A DNA stretch of 64,000 nt, from NCBI RefSeq assembly GCF_011386835.1, contig NC_088791.1, forward strand, positions 19,592,001-19,656,000, in the 5' to 3' direction. Both the position numbers and the translations under genes were made by a program. Under the pieces are notes generated by a model that did no database searches, was not told where the DNA came from, and saw only the letters and a list, made by a program, of their open reading frames with translations. Of the stretch, positions 50,335 to 60,738 are shown in pieces. How positions within the stretch are numbered: position 1 is the stretch's first letter; each line of letters starts with the position of its first letter. Origin of the DNA: Chrysemys picta bellii (Eukaryota).

Positions 50335-53065
50335 TAAACACTACGTGTGATGAGCATTGTATCATCAACTAATAGCACATCTCATATAAGCAGATGTTTG
50401 ACTTTGCTTGTAGACATGCAAGGTTGAAGAGTTTTCCATCTGATCTTGTATGGAGATGTCCACCCTTGGTGCTAGATGAGAAAGCATGATGATGCAGCAA
50501 AGAAAAAAATAAACTGAAGAGTGTTGGTGCCAAAACACGTCCTGGTCCGACATCACTGTGAATTTCGAAGCTGTCAGATTGATCACCATCATATTGAACT
50601 ATAGCCTTCATGCCATTATGGAAAGATTGAATCAGACTGAGGAGGATTGAGAGGCAACCAGTTCTCTCTAGCAATTGAAAAAGATCCTTTCTGTTAACCA
50701 GGTCAAAAGCTTTTGTAAGATCTAAGAAGGCCATGTATAGAGGTTATCCTTATTCTTGACACTTTTCTTGCAATTGCTTTTGTGCAAAAATCATGTTGAT
50801 GGTAGATCAACTAGCACAGAAGCCACACTGGTTCTCTGGATATGCACATTCAGCAAGAAGTTGCAGTCTTTTAAAAATTACCCATGTAAATCCGTCATGT
50901 TTTGTGGTACCCCCCTTCTCTCCAGCAGGCAAGCAAGACATTGTGCAGATATTTAAGCACTACTTGTCCTTTTTTCAGTACTTCAGCTGGAATTCCATTT
51001 CTTTCTGCAGCCTTTCCTGGTGCTAGAAAGTGGTTTGTCTTTATAGATGATTCTATACCAAGCTCTTTGATGGCCTAGAGCCCCAAGGTCACAATTAGGA
51101 CTCAGAAACAGTGGACTCACATGAATAGAGTTTGTGATAGTGTTCCAACCAGTGTTGTATTTGTTTGCTTCTGTCAATGATGATGTCTCCATTAAGATAT
51201 TTGAGTGGGATAGATGAAGGACCTATTGCTTTCTTAATTGCATTAATCAGACCTCTTAGATCTCCATTCTCAAAGGACATTTGTATCTTTAGCACAGATC
51301 AAGCAGGTATAATTGGCCACTCTGAGGTTAGCATATGTCTCAGGAGAGGGGTGAATGTTGTGATGGAAATCTGAGGTGCATTTTGTTTCAATAACTGGAA
51401 ATATTTCTTCAGGATATGCTGCAAACCAGTTGTTATAGTGTGTTCACTAAAAGCAAATGTTTCAGCTGTATGGATATTCTGAATGTCTTTTATGCTGCAT
51501 CAGCATTCAGGGTAGGTGCAATCGCTTCCCTAAGATTGGTACTAAACACCTTCCTTGGTCTTTTGTGTTATTGATGTTAATGTGTGGGCAACAGTTCTGT
51601 TTGGTATGTTGGAATTTCCTTAATGAAAGCCTTATTTTGCAGCATCCACTGTGAAAATTGCAAGTATGGAGAGCAAGCTTTAGGTGTTTTCTACAGGTGA
51701 CAATTAAATCTAGTTGGTGCTAGTTTCCAGATCAGGGGTGTCTTCAGGAGACCTTCTGGTAATGCATGTGTTGGTAATGCACAGTCACTGGTGGGTTAAG
51801 AGCTCCAGTAGTCTTTGACCATTGTTGTTAATTTTTCCCACTCCATGGTGACCAGTGATTAGCAGCCACATCTCGTGATGTGAGCTGACTTTAGCATTGA
51901 AGTCTCTCAGTAGATAGAGTTGCTTGCCTGGTAGTAGTTTGCTGATGACACAGTCGAGTTTCTGATAGAACAAGTCCTTCTCTACAGAGGTGAAGAAAAG
52001 TGTTGTCACATATGTACTAATGATGTTAGTAAATCCACCTATGGTAGATATTTTTACTAATATGATTCATTCTGATGTTGCAATGGGACATTCAACTAGA
52101 GATGTGAATGAATTTTTGACTGCAAAACCCACCCTGTCCTCACAACGATCTTGTTTGCTTTCTTCATGCCAAAAGAAGCAACACTGCATCTGGACTAAAT
52201 TACAGATTTAGTCCAGTCTCAGAGAGAGAGAGGCTATGTCAATGTCAAGTTTCTCCAGCTCTCTGTTGAGGATGGCAGCCTTCCTACAGTCATTGACCTC
52301 CTCAAGGTTGTTTGACATACCAGTGTATGTTGTCCTCATATTCCAACAAGCAAGTTTGAAGAGGGAGACCATTAAACCCAAATCTTTGGTGTATATACAT
52401 CTATGCAGAAAAAAAATAAGGAGGCAGAGGTTGAGCTTAGGATCACAGCCCCCCTCTTCGTGGTATTATTCAGGCCCAAAGGCTCAGAAGACCAAGATGT
52501 TTAGAAGCCAGCACAGTTGCAGGAGATGCTGGAAGGCAGAGCTGAATTGCAATGCCAACCACCTGATGCTTTCTCCACAATGGGTTTAGTTCAGGGTTGA
52601 CTCCCCTGGTCTTTGCTCAACCAAGAGCTAGCGGAAGGGCAGCAATGCCAGCTGGAATTACTCCTTTGAGGATATTATTTTTCATTCCAATGGGTATCTG
52701 GCATACCCCTCCCACCACTCAGTGGCGTGATTCTCAGTTTAGTCGCTGAACGCCCAACTTGTGGCATGTTGTACAGGGTTATGTGATGCCAGTAGCAGCC
52801 ATGCACACTTGACCCGATCTGAGGAGCTTCAGCAACTTTGCAATAGCCTTGCCCTAGCTTGTGATGAATGTCTTGCCTGATGTCTGAAGCCTATTGCCCA
52901 AGAACTCTTGGGGGCCTGACTTTGCCCAAATCCAGTCCTTTGGGGCCATGGTGATCCAGCCAGATAGTCACCTGTCAACCAACTTAGCACTCTCTACCTG
53001 GGTTGCAATTTTGTCTTTCTCTTCTTTTGGGGATGATGCCTAAAAGTCAGGCACTTCATATACCC
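50335..53065 (-). mobile_element. RTE-clade LINE, decayed; 5'UTR, APE endonuclease and N-terminal half of RT present, 3' end missing
   Basis: Minus-strand peptides in order: FKLACWNMRT...RKAAILNRELEKLDIDIASL (~52360-52220), LRDFNAKVSSHH...GHHGVGKINNNGQRLLEL (APE), KQIQHWLEHYHKLYS, AFLDLTKAFDLVNR...LAPTLFSLFF...TRSDGKLFNL, ending at RDVLLVDD (FADD-equivalent). Many stops and frameshifts. Confidence 0.88.
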
Positions 53066-53150
53066 TGTTTTTCTACTAGTGCATTCATGCAGCAAAAGGA
53101 AGTATGTTCCCCAGCATATCTGTTCAGCTGTTGACACTAGGGATATAGCA

Positions 53151-53340
53151 GCAAAGAGTCCTGTGGCACCTTATAGACTAACAGATGTATTGGAGCATGA
53201 GCTTTCGTGGGTGAATACCCACTTTGTCGGATGCATTCACCCACGAAAGCTCATGCTCCAATAGGTCTGTTAGTCTATAAGGTGCCACAGGACTCTTTGC
53301 TGCTTTTACAGATCCAGACTAACACGGCTACCCCACTGAT
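53151..53340. mobile_element. Penelope-like terminal fragment forming a 70-bp-arm hairpin
   Basis: Arms 53147-53216 and 53235-53304; ends ...cagactaacacggctacccc. 15-bp TSD ACTAGGGATATAGCA (53136-53150, 53341-53355). Confidence 0.8.
53195..53234 (-). ncRNA. Minimal hammerhead-ribozyme-like motif, probably inactive
   Basis: GCAT CCGACAA A GTGGG TATTCA CCCAC GAAA GCT C ATGC: stem I GCAU/AUGC, stem II GUGGG/CCCAC. The core departs from CUGANGA at U4 and G8. Confidence 0.5.
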
Positions 53341-54572
53341 ACTAGGGATATAGCATCACCCTGAAAATTTTAGCTAGTTCAGTAACTTATCTTATTATCA
53401 AGAGTTCCCGAGGGAGAGTTTAAGATAATTCAGGCAGCATTGACATACTTCATATGTTCAGCACAGACACATAAGGAAGTTGATGACATATAAAAGAGAG
53501 GCTATGGGGGAATGAGCTAAAAGAACTTCTGTTGTATGGGAAGTGGAAGCAGGAGACGAAAGGAGTAGAACCCATGGTAGTACTCTACAAGCTATTATCA
53601 ATGGATATGACTACCTCAGATTGCCATGTACAAATTACTGGAGTCTATGTGATCCCAAAATCACTATAACTATAACTATTAAGAAACACATGGTTCTTCT
53701 AATAATATAAGCAGTCACAACACCCTGTGGATCATATTCTTTTCCACAGTCCAAGCCTATAAAACACCTTTAGTGAAAAGGATTTAAGGAACACTTTGGG
53801 TTTAAACAGTTTACAAGGATTCCTTATGTTCAAAACTCAAGCAATCAATGTCAAAATGTGTTTTAAAAAGACAACAAACATCAAAAGAACATGTCAGAAG
53901 TATATTTAAGCATGATCAAAGGGGGAATGAAACCACAATGTAAACATGATAAACATTAATGGCAGAAACATTTCTCTGATCTCATAGCCAGTCCAAGCAG
54001 GTTAAAAATAGAAACGTTGATTTAAAACAATCGGTGTCATGGAGCAAATAATTAAGAAATGCATTTCAACTTTTTTCAATCTCCTTTTCTCGAGTCTCTT
54101 GACACTGGGCTACTTCTCATACCCTAACTGACACCTTCTGCTAGCTCCAGTTTTGTATGGCCCTCTGGGATTACCAGTTCTTTAGCAATTTCATTGGCAG
54201 CAGCCCATTAAACTGTCCTTCATGAGAAATCTACCACTTTATGAAAAAGACACCTTGGTCCAGCTGCCTTTATGATTGATATGCCATTGTTTGCTTAGTT
54301 AAGTAATGGAAACATGTTTTGCTTGTCTCAGCATTTCAGGTTCAGATAAAGCTAAAGAAAAATCAATCTTTATTTGCTCCCTCACAAGCATTATTCTTTA
54401 GCAATAACAACAAAAGAACAACAGCAAAAACAATAAAAGAAAGCAGATTGGATTCCTGAATGAATCGTATTAGCATTTTAATGATGATCCATAAAGGAAA
54501 CGGCACCAAAATTGCCTTTAGATGTCAAGATGCACTAACTAAGCTGAGCAAACAGAAGTTAGGGTCATTCCT

Positions 54573-54713
54573 TCATAGAATCATACAATCAGAGGACTGG
54601 AAGGGACCTCGAGAGGTCATCTAGTCCAGTCCCCTGCACTCACGGCAGGACTAGACCATCCCTGACAGGCGTTTGTCCAACCTTCTCTTAAAAATCTCCA
54701 ATGATGGAGATCC
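54573..54713 (-). mobile_element. CR1 3' end
   Basis: tcatagaatcatacaatc...ggactggaagggacctcgagaggtcatctagtccagtcccctgc is the reverse CR1 tail. Confidence 0.85.
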
Positions 54714-54986
54714 GTCATTTCAAAGAGGAAAAAGGGCAGTTCTCACAGGAGGCATTCTGCAAGGAGGTTGAATCAGATGCTCCCATTACAGGAGATTTGT
54801 GGTCAGAATGACAAATTTCCCCAGTTCACAACTAGAAAATTCGAGGACACTGTAGGGAAATTTTACGCTCAGTAAAGTTGCAGTTGCTGTAATTTAATGA
54901 AAATTACTGAAGGATGACTAGAACCCTGCGAAGAGATAACGAGACGAGGGAATCTTAAATTAAAAATTTAACAATAACAAAAATAG

Positions 54987-55026
54987 ACATCCGAAGAAGT
55001 GGGTGTTCACCCATGAAAGCTCATGC
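54987..55026 (+). ncRNA. Minimal hammerhead-ribozyme-like motif (best-preserved copy)
   Basis: ACAT CCGAAGA A GTGGG TGTTCA CCCAT GAAA GCT C ATGC. GAAA and the NUH triplet (CUC) are intact; palindromic AGCU lies where stem III should be. Confidence 0.55.
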
Positions 55027-55072
55027 TCCTATACGTTTGTTAGTCTATAAGGTGCCACAGGACTTTTTGCTG
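54990..55072 (+). mobile_element. 83-bp Penelope-like fragment with TSD
   Basis: Same subfamily as 53151..53340. 12-bp TSD CAAAAATAGACA (54978-54989, 55073-55084). Confidence 0.8.
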
Positions 55073-55485
55073 CAAAAATAGACAGCTATTCAGACTTCAT
55101 AAACACACAGTGATTGTCAACAGAGACCCAGCATGTACAAAAAAGCAGGAACTGTCCTCAGAAAATCTGAACTTGAAAATCATAGCTAGCTGTATTGCCT
55201 TCTCAGAGGAAGACTTATAGCCCCCCTCACAAATGTGCACCGCAAAGCTCCAAGTCCCTACTACTTTCCATAAGGTCACCAGGGACAAAGCTTTTAATAT
55301 GTGATGACAAGAGAGCTAACTCGTCTTATGTTCTTACACATTTTACCATATTTTACAAACCTCTTAATCTTTTAATGGTGTGCTTCTAAATCGCCCTCAG
55401 TTACTTTGTCACCTGTCAAGTGCCGTCTTTTGCCACTGAGTCAGTCAAACTTTGGGCCTGATTCTCACTTACACGTAAGCCCCTT

Positions 55486-56576
55486 TGTGACTGAGGGAGC
55501 CCCTCAGTACCAAATGGAAGAGGGTCCTCCATCCTGTAACTCAGGCCTGACACAACCATTGCCCCAATGCACTGTTGTCATAAGATGTATCTCAGAGGGG
55601 TCCTCTGGGGTATCCTATGTAAACTGGTGACACACTGGTCCCAAAAATTATTGTGTGATGTAAGGACCAGTTTTGTACAAAGTATAGATGTGTGCTGAAA
55701 CTATGTTCTTTACATGTGCTTGGGAGACAATGCATAAATCTAGCCTGCCCTAGAAAAAGGAGTATGTATTTAATTGTCTGACCAGCTTGCAGAATTCCTG
55801 ACAGTGGACAATGGAACTACATTTACGTATAAGGTAAACAAGCAGGAGAGAAAACTGTTTAACAATCACACCAGGGGACAGAATCTGCACCCCAAGAAGC
55901 CTCCCTGGCTCTTGAGGCACAGACAATGGACTTTGAATAATACAACGGGAGCAAAAAGGCCTTTTAGTTATCCATCACTGATGGGATACAGGGTAAACCA
56001 CTCTCTGAGCCTGTGAAAGTTGGATCCTCAATCTGGCAGGCTAGGGACGATGTGAACTAGCGGTAAGTAAGAAAACTGCTTAGGCAAAGATCATAACTAG
56101 CTAAAATTAAGTTTTAGTCACTAGAAGGCATGTTTTATTTTACTGTTTGTAACCATACCTGTCTCTTTTTTCTTTACTTAGTATCACTTATTTCTTGTTA
56201 ATAAACATATTCTGGTTTTATTACAAAACCATCTGAATGCTGTGTATGAAGTGTGTCTCTCCAGCTAACCTTAGAGGCTAATCTGTGCTCTGTCTCTTTG
56301 GAGGCAGTGAACTTAATAATTTCTGTGAACATCCCATGAGAGGGACTGGACACTGCAGGGAGACGTCTCTGGGGAACTCGGGAACTGGGGTTCACTGGTT
56401 GTTGCCTGCAAGGAAAGGTTTAGATTGGCAGAGTCCCGAAGAGCTTGCTGACAAGGCAGACAAGTTGGTGTGTCAGGGAACTGATACAGTTTAGCAGCAG
56501 CAAAGCCCTTGCTCTTGCTAAGGCACAGGGTAACACAGTGGCTCACATTTCTGGGTGTCCTGAGCATGACATCACA
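55486..56576 (+). mobile_element. Solo LTR (Gypsy-like), 1091 bp
   Basis: TGTGA...TCACA ends, near-TSD CCTT/CTTT, AATAAA at 56200-56205. Splits a hairpin MITE into two halves. Confidence 0.7.
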
Positions 56577-58480
56577 CTTTTTACAGCTCTCTGCTGGCGT
56601 AAAGATTCCTCAAAGATGGTGAAAATGGCTCCCTGAGAATATCCCTTATACAAGGGAACTCCTTGGCTGTTAAAAGATGGTGTAAGGGCGTTATACCAGT
56701 CCTGTTCCCAGCCCTTAGCACAGGGGCTGTGTCAGGGCAGGCCCAGGGACAAAGAAAGAGTGTGGCTGAAGTGCAGTGTGTTCTGGCTATTCTTCGTTTC
56801 TCGAGACCCGTAGAGGACCTTGGGAAGCTTACAGCAGAAGTAAAAGCGGCTGTGAGCCATCCATACTATTTCTGTGTTCATACCATATCTGGTTGTGATA
56901 TTAGCTGCTCTTGCAAGATAAGCAGAACTGGTTTTGGTCATTCATACTTTAATGGGAATCCTGCTCCTGGGAAAAATCAAGAGTTCTCAAGATAATGGTA
57001 TTTATGATTTGGTAGTTGGCACTTTTGTCTCTGAATTATTACTAAATCAGTACACCAGAACGATCAGTACTCCTAAGGTAGTGTTTGTTGGGTGCGAAAT
57101 TAAGCTAGGATCTGATCAGAAATTAGAGCTCTCATCATATTTTTTCAAAGCCTAGTGATACTGGCCTTAGTGTCATAGTGAAATTATAATACTGGATCGT
57201 GTGTATTTAGTTTATCTAAAATCCTCCTGCAATTTCAATTGCCTACAATATGTTTCACTTTTTGGACTAAAAACTTGTGTAATGTTGCTCTGTGCTGTTA
57301 AATACCCACACTGTTTCACTGTACAGGTGCCTGTATTTTGCTGGTGAGTGAAGCAAAGTGCTTTGGGACATTTAAGGATGAAAGATGCTCTACATGATAT
57401 TAAGCCAGCACCTTTTCCAACATTCTAATACAAGAAGATAGCACAGGAAGAAGGAAACACCTAGCAGAGGATGCTAATGAACTCACAATACTCTTCCACA
57501 TCCAGCTTCTGTCCAGACCTCAATACTACTGTCACACAATTGGCAACGGGAATCGAATCATACTGGGCAAGGATTTGCAATATTTTAATTATCATCATCA
57601 TCTAAGAGTAATTCTTATTGTAAGAAACATTAAAATAAAGCTGTCTTCTTTATTCAAGCTCTTTAGATCTGCAGGTTGGGCCTGGACAAAAAAACAAATG
57701 CATGATTCTCATAACTATCCTGACACTTAGACTTCTCCTGAAATAAAAACATCTCTGTACCTCAGGGTCTAAGCTGATGGTTGTGGGTTATATCTTTACA
57801 TCTTTACTTCTGTGGAATCTAGTTTGCTTCCTGATTATAACTGTTCTCTGGATAAAAAGGGAAAAACCAATTTTTCTCTCTCTCCATTTATACAAACTGC
57901 AAATTCCAAATGAACCAGAAGGGATGTTGTGGGCTCCAGCCCTGTGGACAGAATCTATTGGTTTAGGTGTGTGAAACTCATGCAGACTGAAACCAAAACC
58001 CCCAACGGGGTTGTCACATCTTGGCAAAGAAATGGCTCAACATTAGTTCAGATTAGTTGAACAGCAGCATTTGTATTCCAAGAATAGTATTCACCATAGG
58101 AAATCAGAAAATTAAAAAAGAAGAAAAGAAAAAAAAAATCAACAACTGCAGGTATAGTTATAGTTAATGGGGAGAGATTTAGGCTTGGTTGTGATTTGGC
58201 CCACAACAAGTGCTAAGTGGTGTATAGGGATCTTAGGATAAATGAGAGTCCGGCCCTAAGCCTCAGGGCATGTCTGCATTGCAATCATGGGGGGAGGAGG
58301 GGATTGCATCTTGCGTAGACAATACCTAAGCCAGCTCTAACCTAGCTCAGGTTCTGCAGCAAAGAAGCTGTGGCAATGTGCACTTCACTACAGGGCAGCC
58401 CCACAAGTAACTACCTGGGTTTCAGGCAGGCTTGCATCCCACTCTGAAGTGCACACTGCTGCAGCCTCACCATTCTGGTA

Positions 58481-59322
58481 CAGTAACTCCTCACTTGAAG
58501 TCGTCCCGGTTAACGTTGTTTCGTTGTTACATTGCAGATCAATTAGAGAACATGCCCGTCTAAAGTTGCGCAATGCTCCCTTATAACGTCGTCGTTTGGC
58601 AGCCGCCTCATTGTCCACTGCTTGCAGGAAGAGCAACCCGTTGGAGCTAGCTGGTGGGGGCTTGGAACCAAGATGGTCTGGCAGCCCCCTATCAGCTCCC
58701 CGCTCCACTAAGTTCCCTGTGCGGCAGTCGCCCAGAAGGCTATCAATTGCCAGCAGTTCAGCAGTCCCTCCCCACACTGCCGTGTGCTGCTCCTGCCCTC
58801 TGCCTTGGAGCTGCTCCTGGGAGCCTCCTGCTTGCTGGGGGGGGGGGAAGGGGGCTAATGTCAGGGTGTCCCCCTCCCCCCCTGCTCCTGCCTTCCGCTT
58901 ACTCCATCTTCCATAGAGCAGGGGACACACACTACAGGGGTCAGGACGGAGGGAGCTTCCTGGCAGCAGCTGCTGTCTCAGCTTGCTGATCAACTTAAAA
59001 AGGCAGTGTACTTAGAAGGCGGTCAGCGTACTTAAAGGAGCAATGCGTGTCTCTCTCTCTCACACACCGGGTGTGTGTCTCTGTCTGCCATGCTGTCTCC
59101 CCTCCCTCCATTTGTGCTGCCTTGTAGAGTGTGAGGCTACATTAATAATGATGTGTTAACCCTTGAGGGCTCAGCCAATCGCTAGTTCATCATTTAGCAG
59201 TAAGGCATTCCCTGGGAAATATCCCACCCTCTGACTTTACCACCTCAACCAAGCTTCACAATCATCATCACTGTGTACCAGTATTAAATTGTTTGTTTAA
59301 AACTTATACTGTGTGTGTGTGT

Positions 59323-59367
<45 letters not shown>

Positions 59368-59539
59368 TGCGTGAGTGTGTGTGTGTATACAGTCTTTTTG
59401 TCTGGTGAAAAAAATATCCCTGTAACCTAACCCCCCCTTCACATTAATTCTTATGGGGAAATTGGATTTGCTTAACATCGTTTCGCTTAAAGTCGCATTT
59501 TTCAGGAACATAACTACAATGTTAAGCGAGGAGTTACTG
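58481..59539. mobile_element. Tigger/pogo-like non-autonomous element, 1059 bp
   Basis: TIRs CAGTAACTCCTC(A/G)CTT with TA duplication (58479-58480, 59540-59541). No transposase motif in ORF 58388..58993. Confidence 0.88.
59308..59387 (+). repeat. Imperfect (TG)n microsatellite inside the Tigger-like element
   Basis: Direct reading; explains the HTHTHT low-complexity ORF. Confidence 0.95.
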
Positions 59540-60588
59540 TACTTGAATTAGCTAGATTAAAGCTAGCTCAAGTATGTCTACGCAAGCTGCAATCACATCC
59601 TGTGATTGCAATGTAGACATGCCCTTAGGCTTAGGGCCTGACTTTCATTTATCCTAAGGTTCCCCCCAATGTAAAGGAGTTTTAAAATGACAGTGAATTA
59701 AATGTATGCTCCCCTCAAGGCCACTTTTCACTGCCAAAGCAGTGAAAGTGGGCTTTAATGCCAATAAGAACCAGACCCATGGTGCCTCTACAGATGCTGT
59801 GTGGTAGCATGATGAGAGATAGCCCTTGTTACCCCTTTAAAATTTGTAACAAGCTCCCCTCAGTCCCACATAACTTACTTCTTTGCATATGAGTGTGTGG
59901 TGCTGTCCTCTTGTGCATGAGCAACAGAGAGGATGCGAGACCTGCTGATTCTGTGATTGCAATACAGACGTACCCACAATCTCCAGGCACTGCCGCTAGG
60001 GTGGAGCCAATCTTCCCCTCCCCCATACTTTAGTTCTTAGTCTGAACATTTCTAACAAGCAATATTGTAGGCTGCATGGGAAGGAGAAAGAAAAAAAATG
60101 TTGAGCTGTGAAATAATTATCAGTTTCTGAGGCCTTTGTTCTTAAAGAGACAACAATAATTTTGATTCTCTATAATGACTAATTATATGGTGAAGAAAAT
60201 GAACACAAAAGTTCAGTGAAATTATAGCATAATTCACAAAGTAAATTAGATTTCCCACAAAACAGACCTTCTGATCTACCCATCCTATTTAATCTGAAAG
60301 AGGTGATTATTATCTCTATAAAGAACAACCACCAAAATTTATGGGATGTCATTAGCACCTCTTTTCTGTGGCTGCCTATATCTGGAGGTGTTAGATTTCT
60401 AACACCACTGTGTTAATTTTTAAATGATCAGGTTATTCCTGAAAGTCTAGCAGCTAGAAGACTGATGTCCTCCAAAAAAAAAAAATCTATATTATCTTAT
60501 CGTTTGTAGCCCACGTATGGTGGGGATTTGGAGAGGGAAATTACATGGATCAGGCATTAACAGCATCGCTGATGAATGACACATGCTA

Positions 60589-60738
60589 CCTAGGGAGGCA
60601 GTGGGATCTCCACCATTGAAGGGTTTTAAGAACAGGTTTGACAAACACCTATCAAGGAGTGTCTAGATAACACTTAGGGGACTGGATTAGATGACCTACC
60701 GAGGTCCCTGCCAGTCCTACATTTCTCTGATTCTATGA
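60589..60738 (+). mobile_element. CR1 3' end with internal deletion
   Basis: ctagggaggcagtgggatctcc...gacaaacacc...gactggattagatgacc...ttctctgattctatga. Confidence 0.8.

Larger units (their letters stand above)
58266..59624. mobile_element. PIF/Harbinger-type element split by a Tigger-like insertion
   Basis: 22-bp TIRs GGGCATGTCT(G/A)CATTGCAATCA with one mismatch; flanks TCA / TTA. Confidence 0.8.

Noticed and set aside
58388-58993. 201-aa ORF, the longest in the track
   Set aside because: It spans a Tigger-like/Harbinger junction and has no DDE or helix-turn-helix motif; a GC-content artefact.
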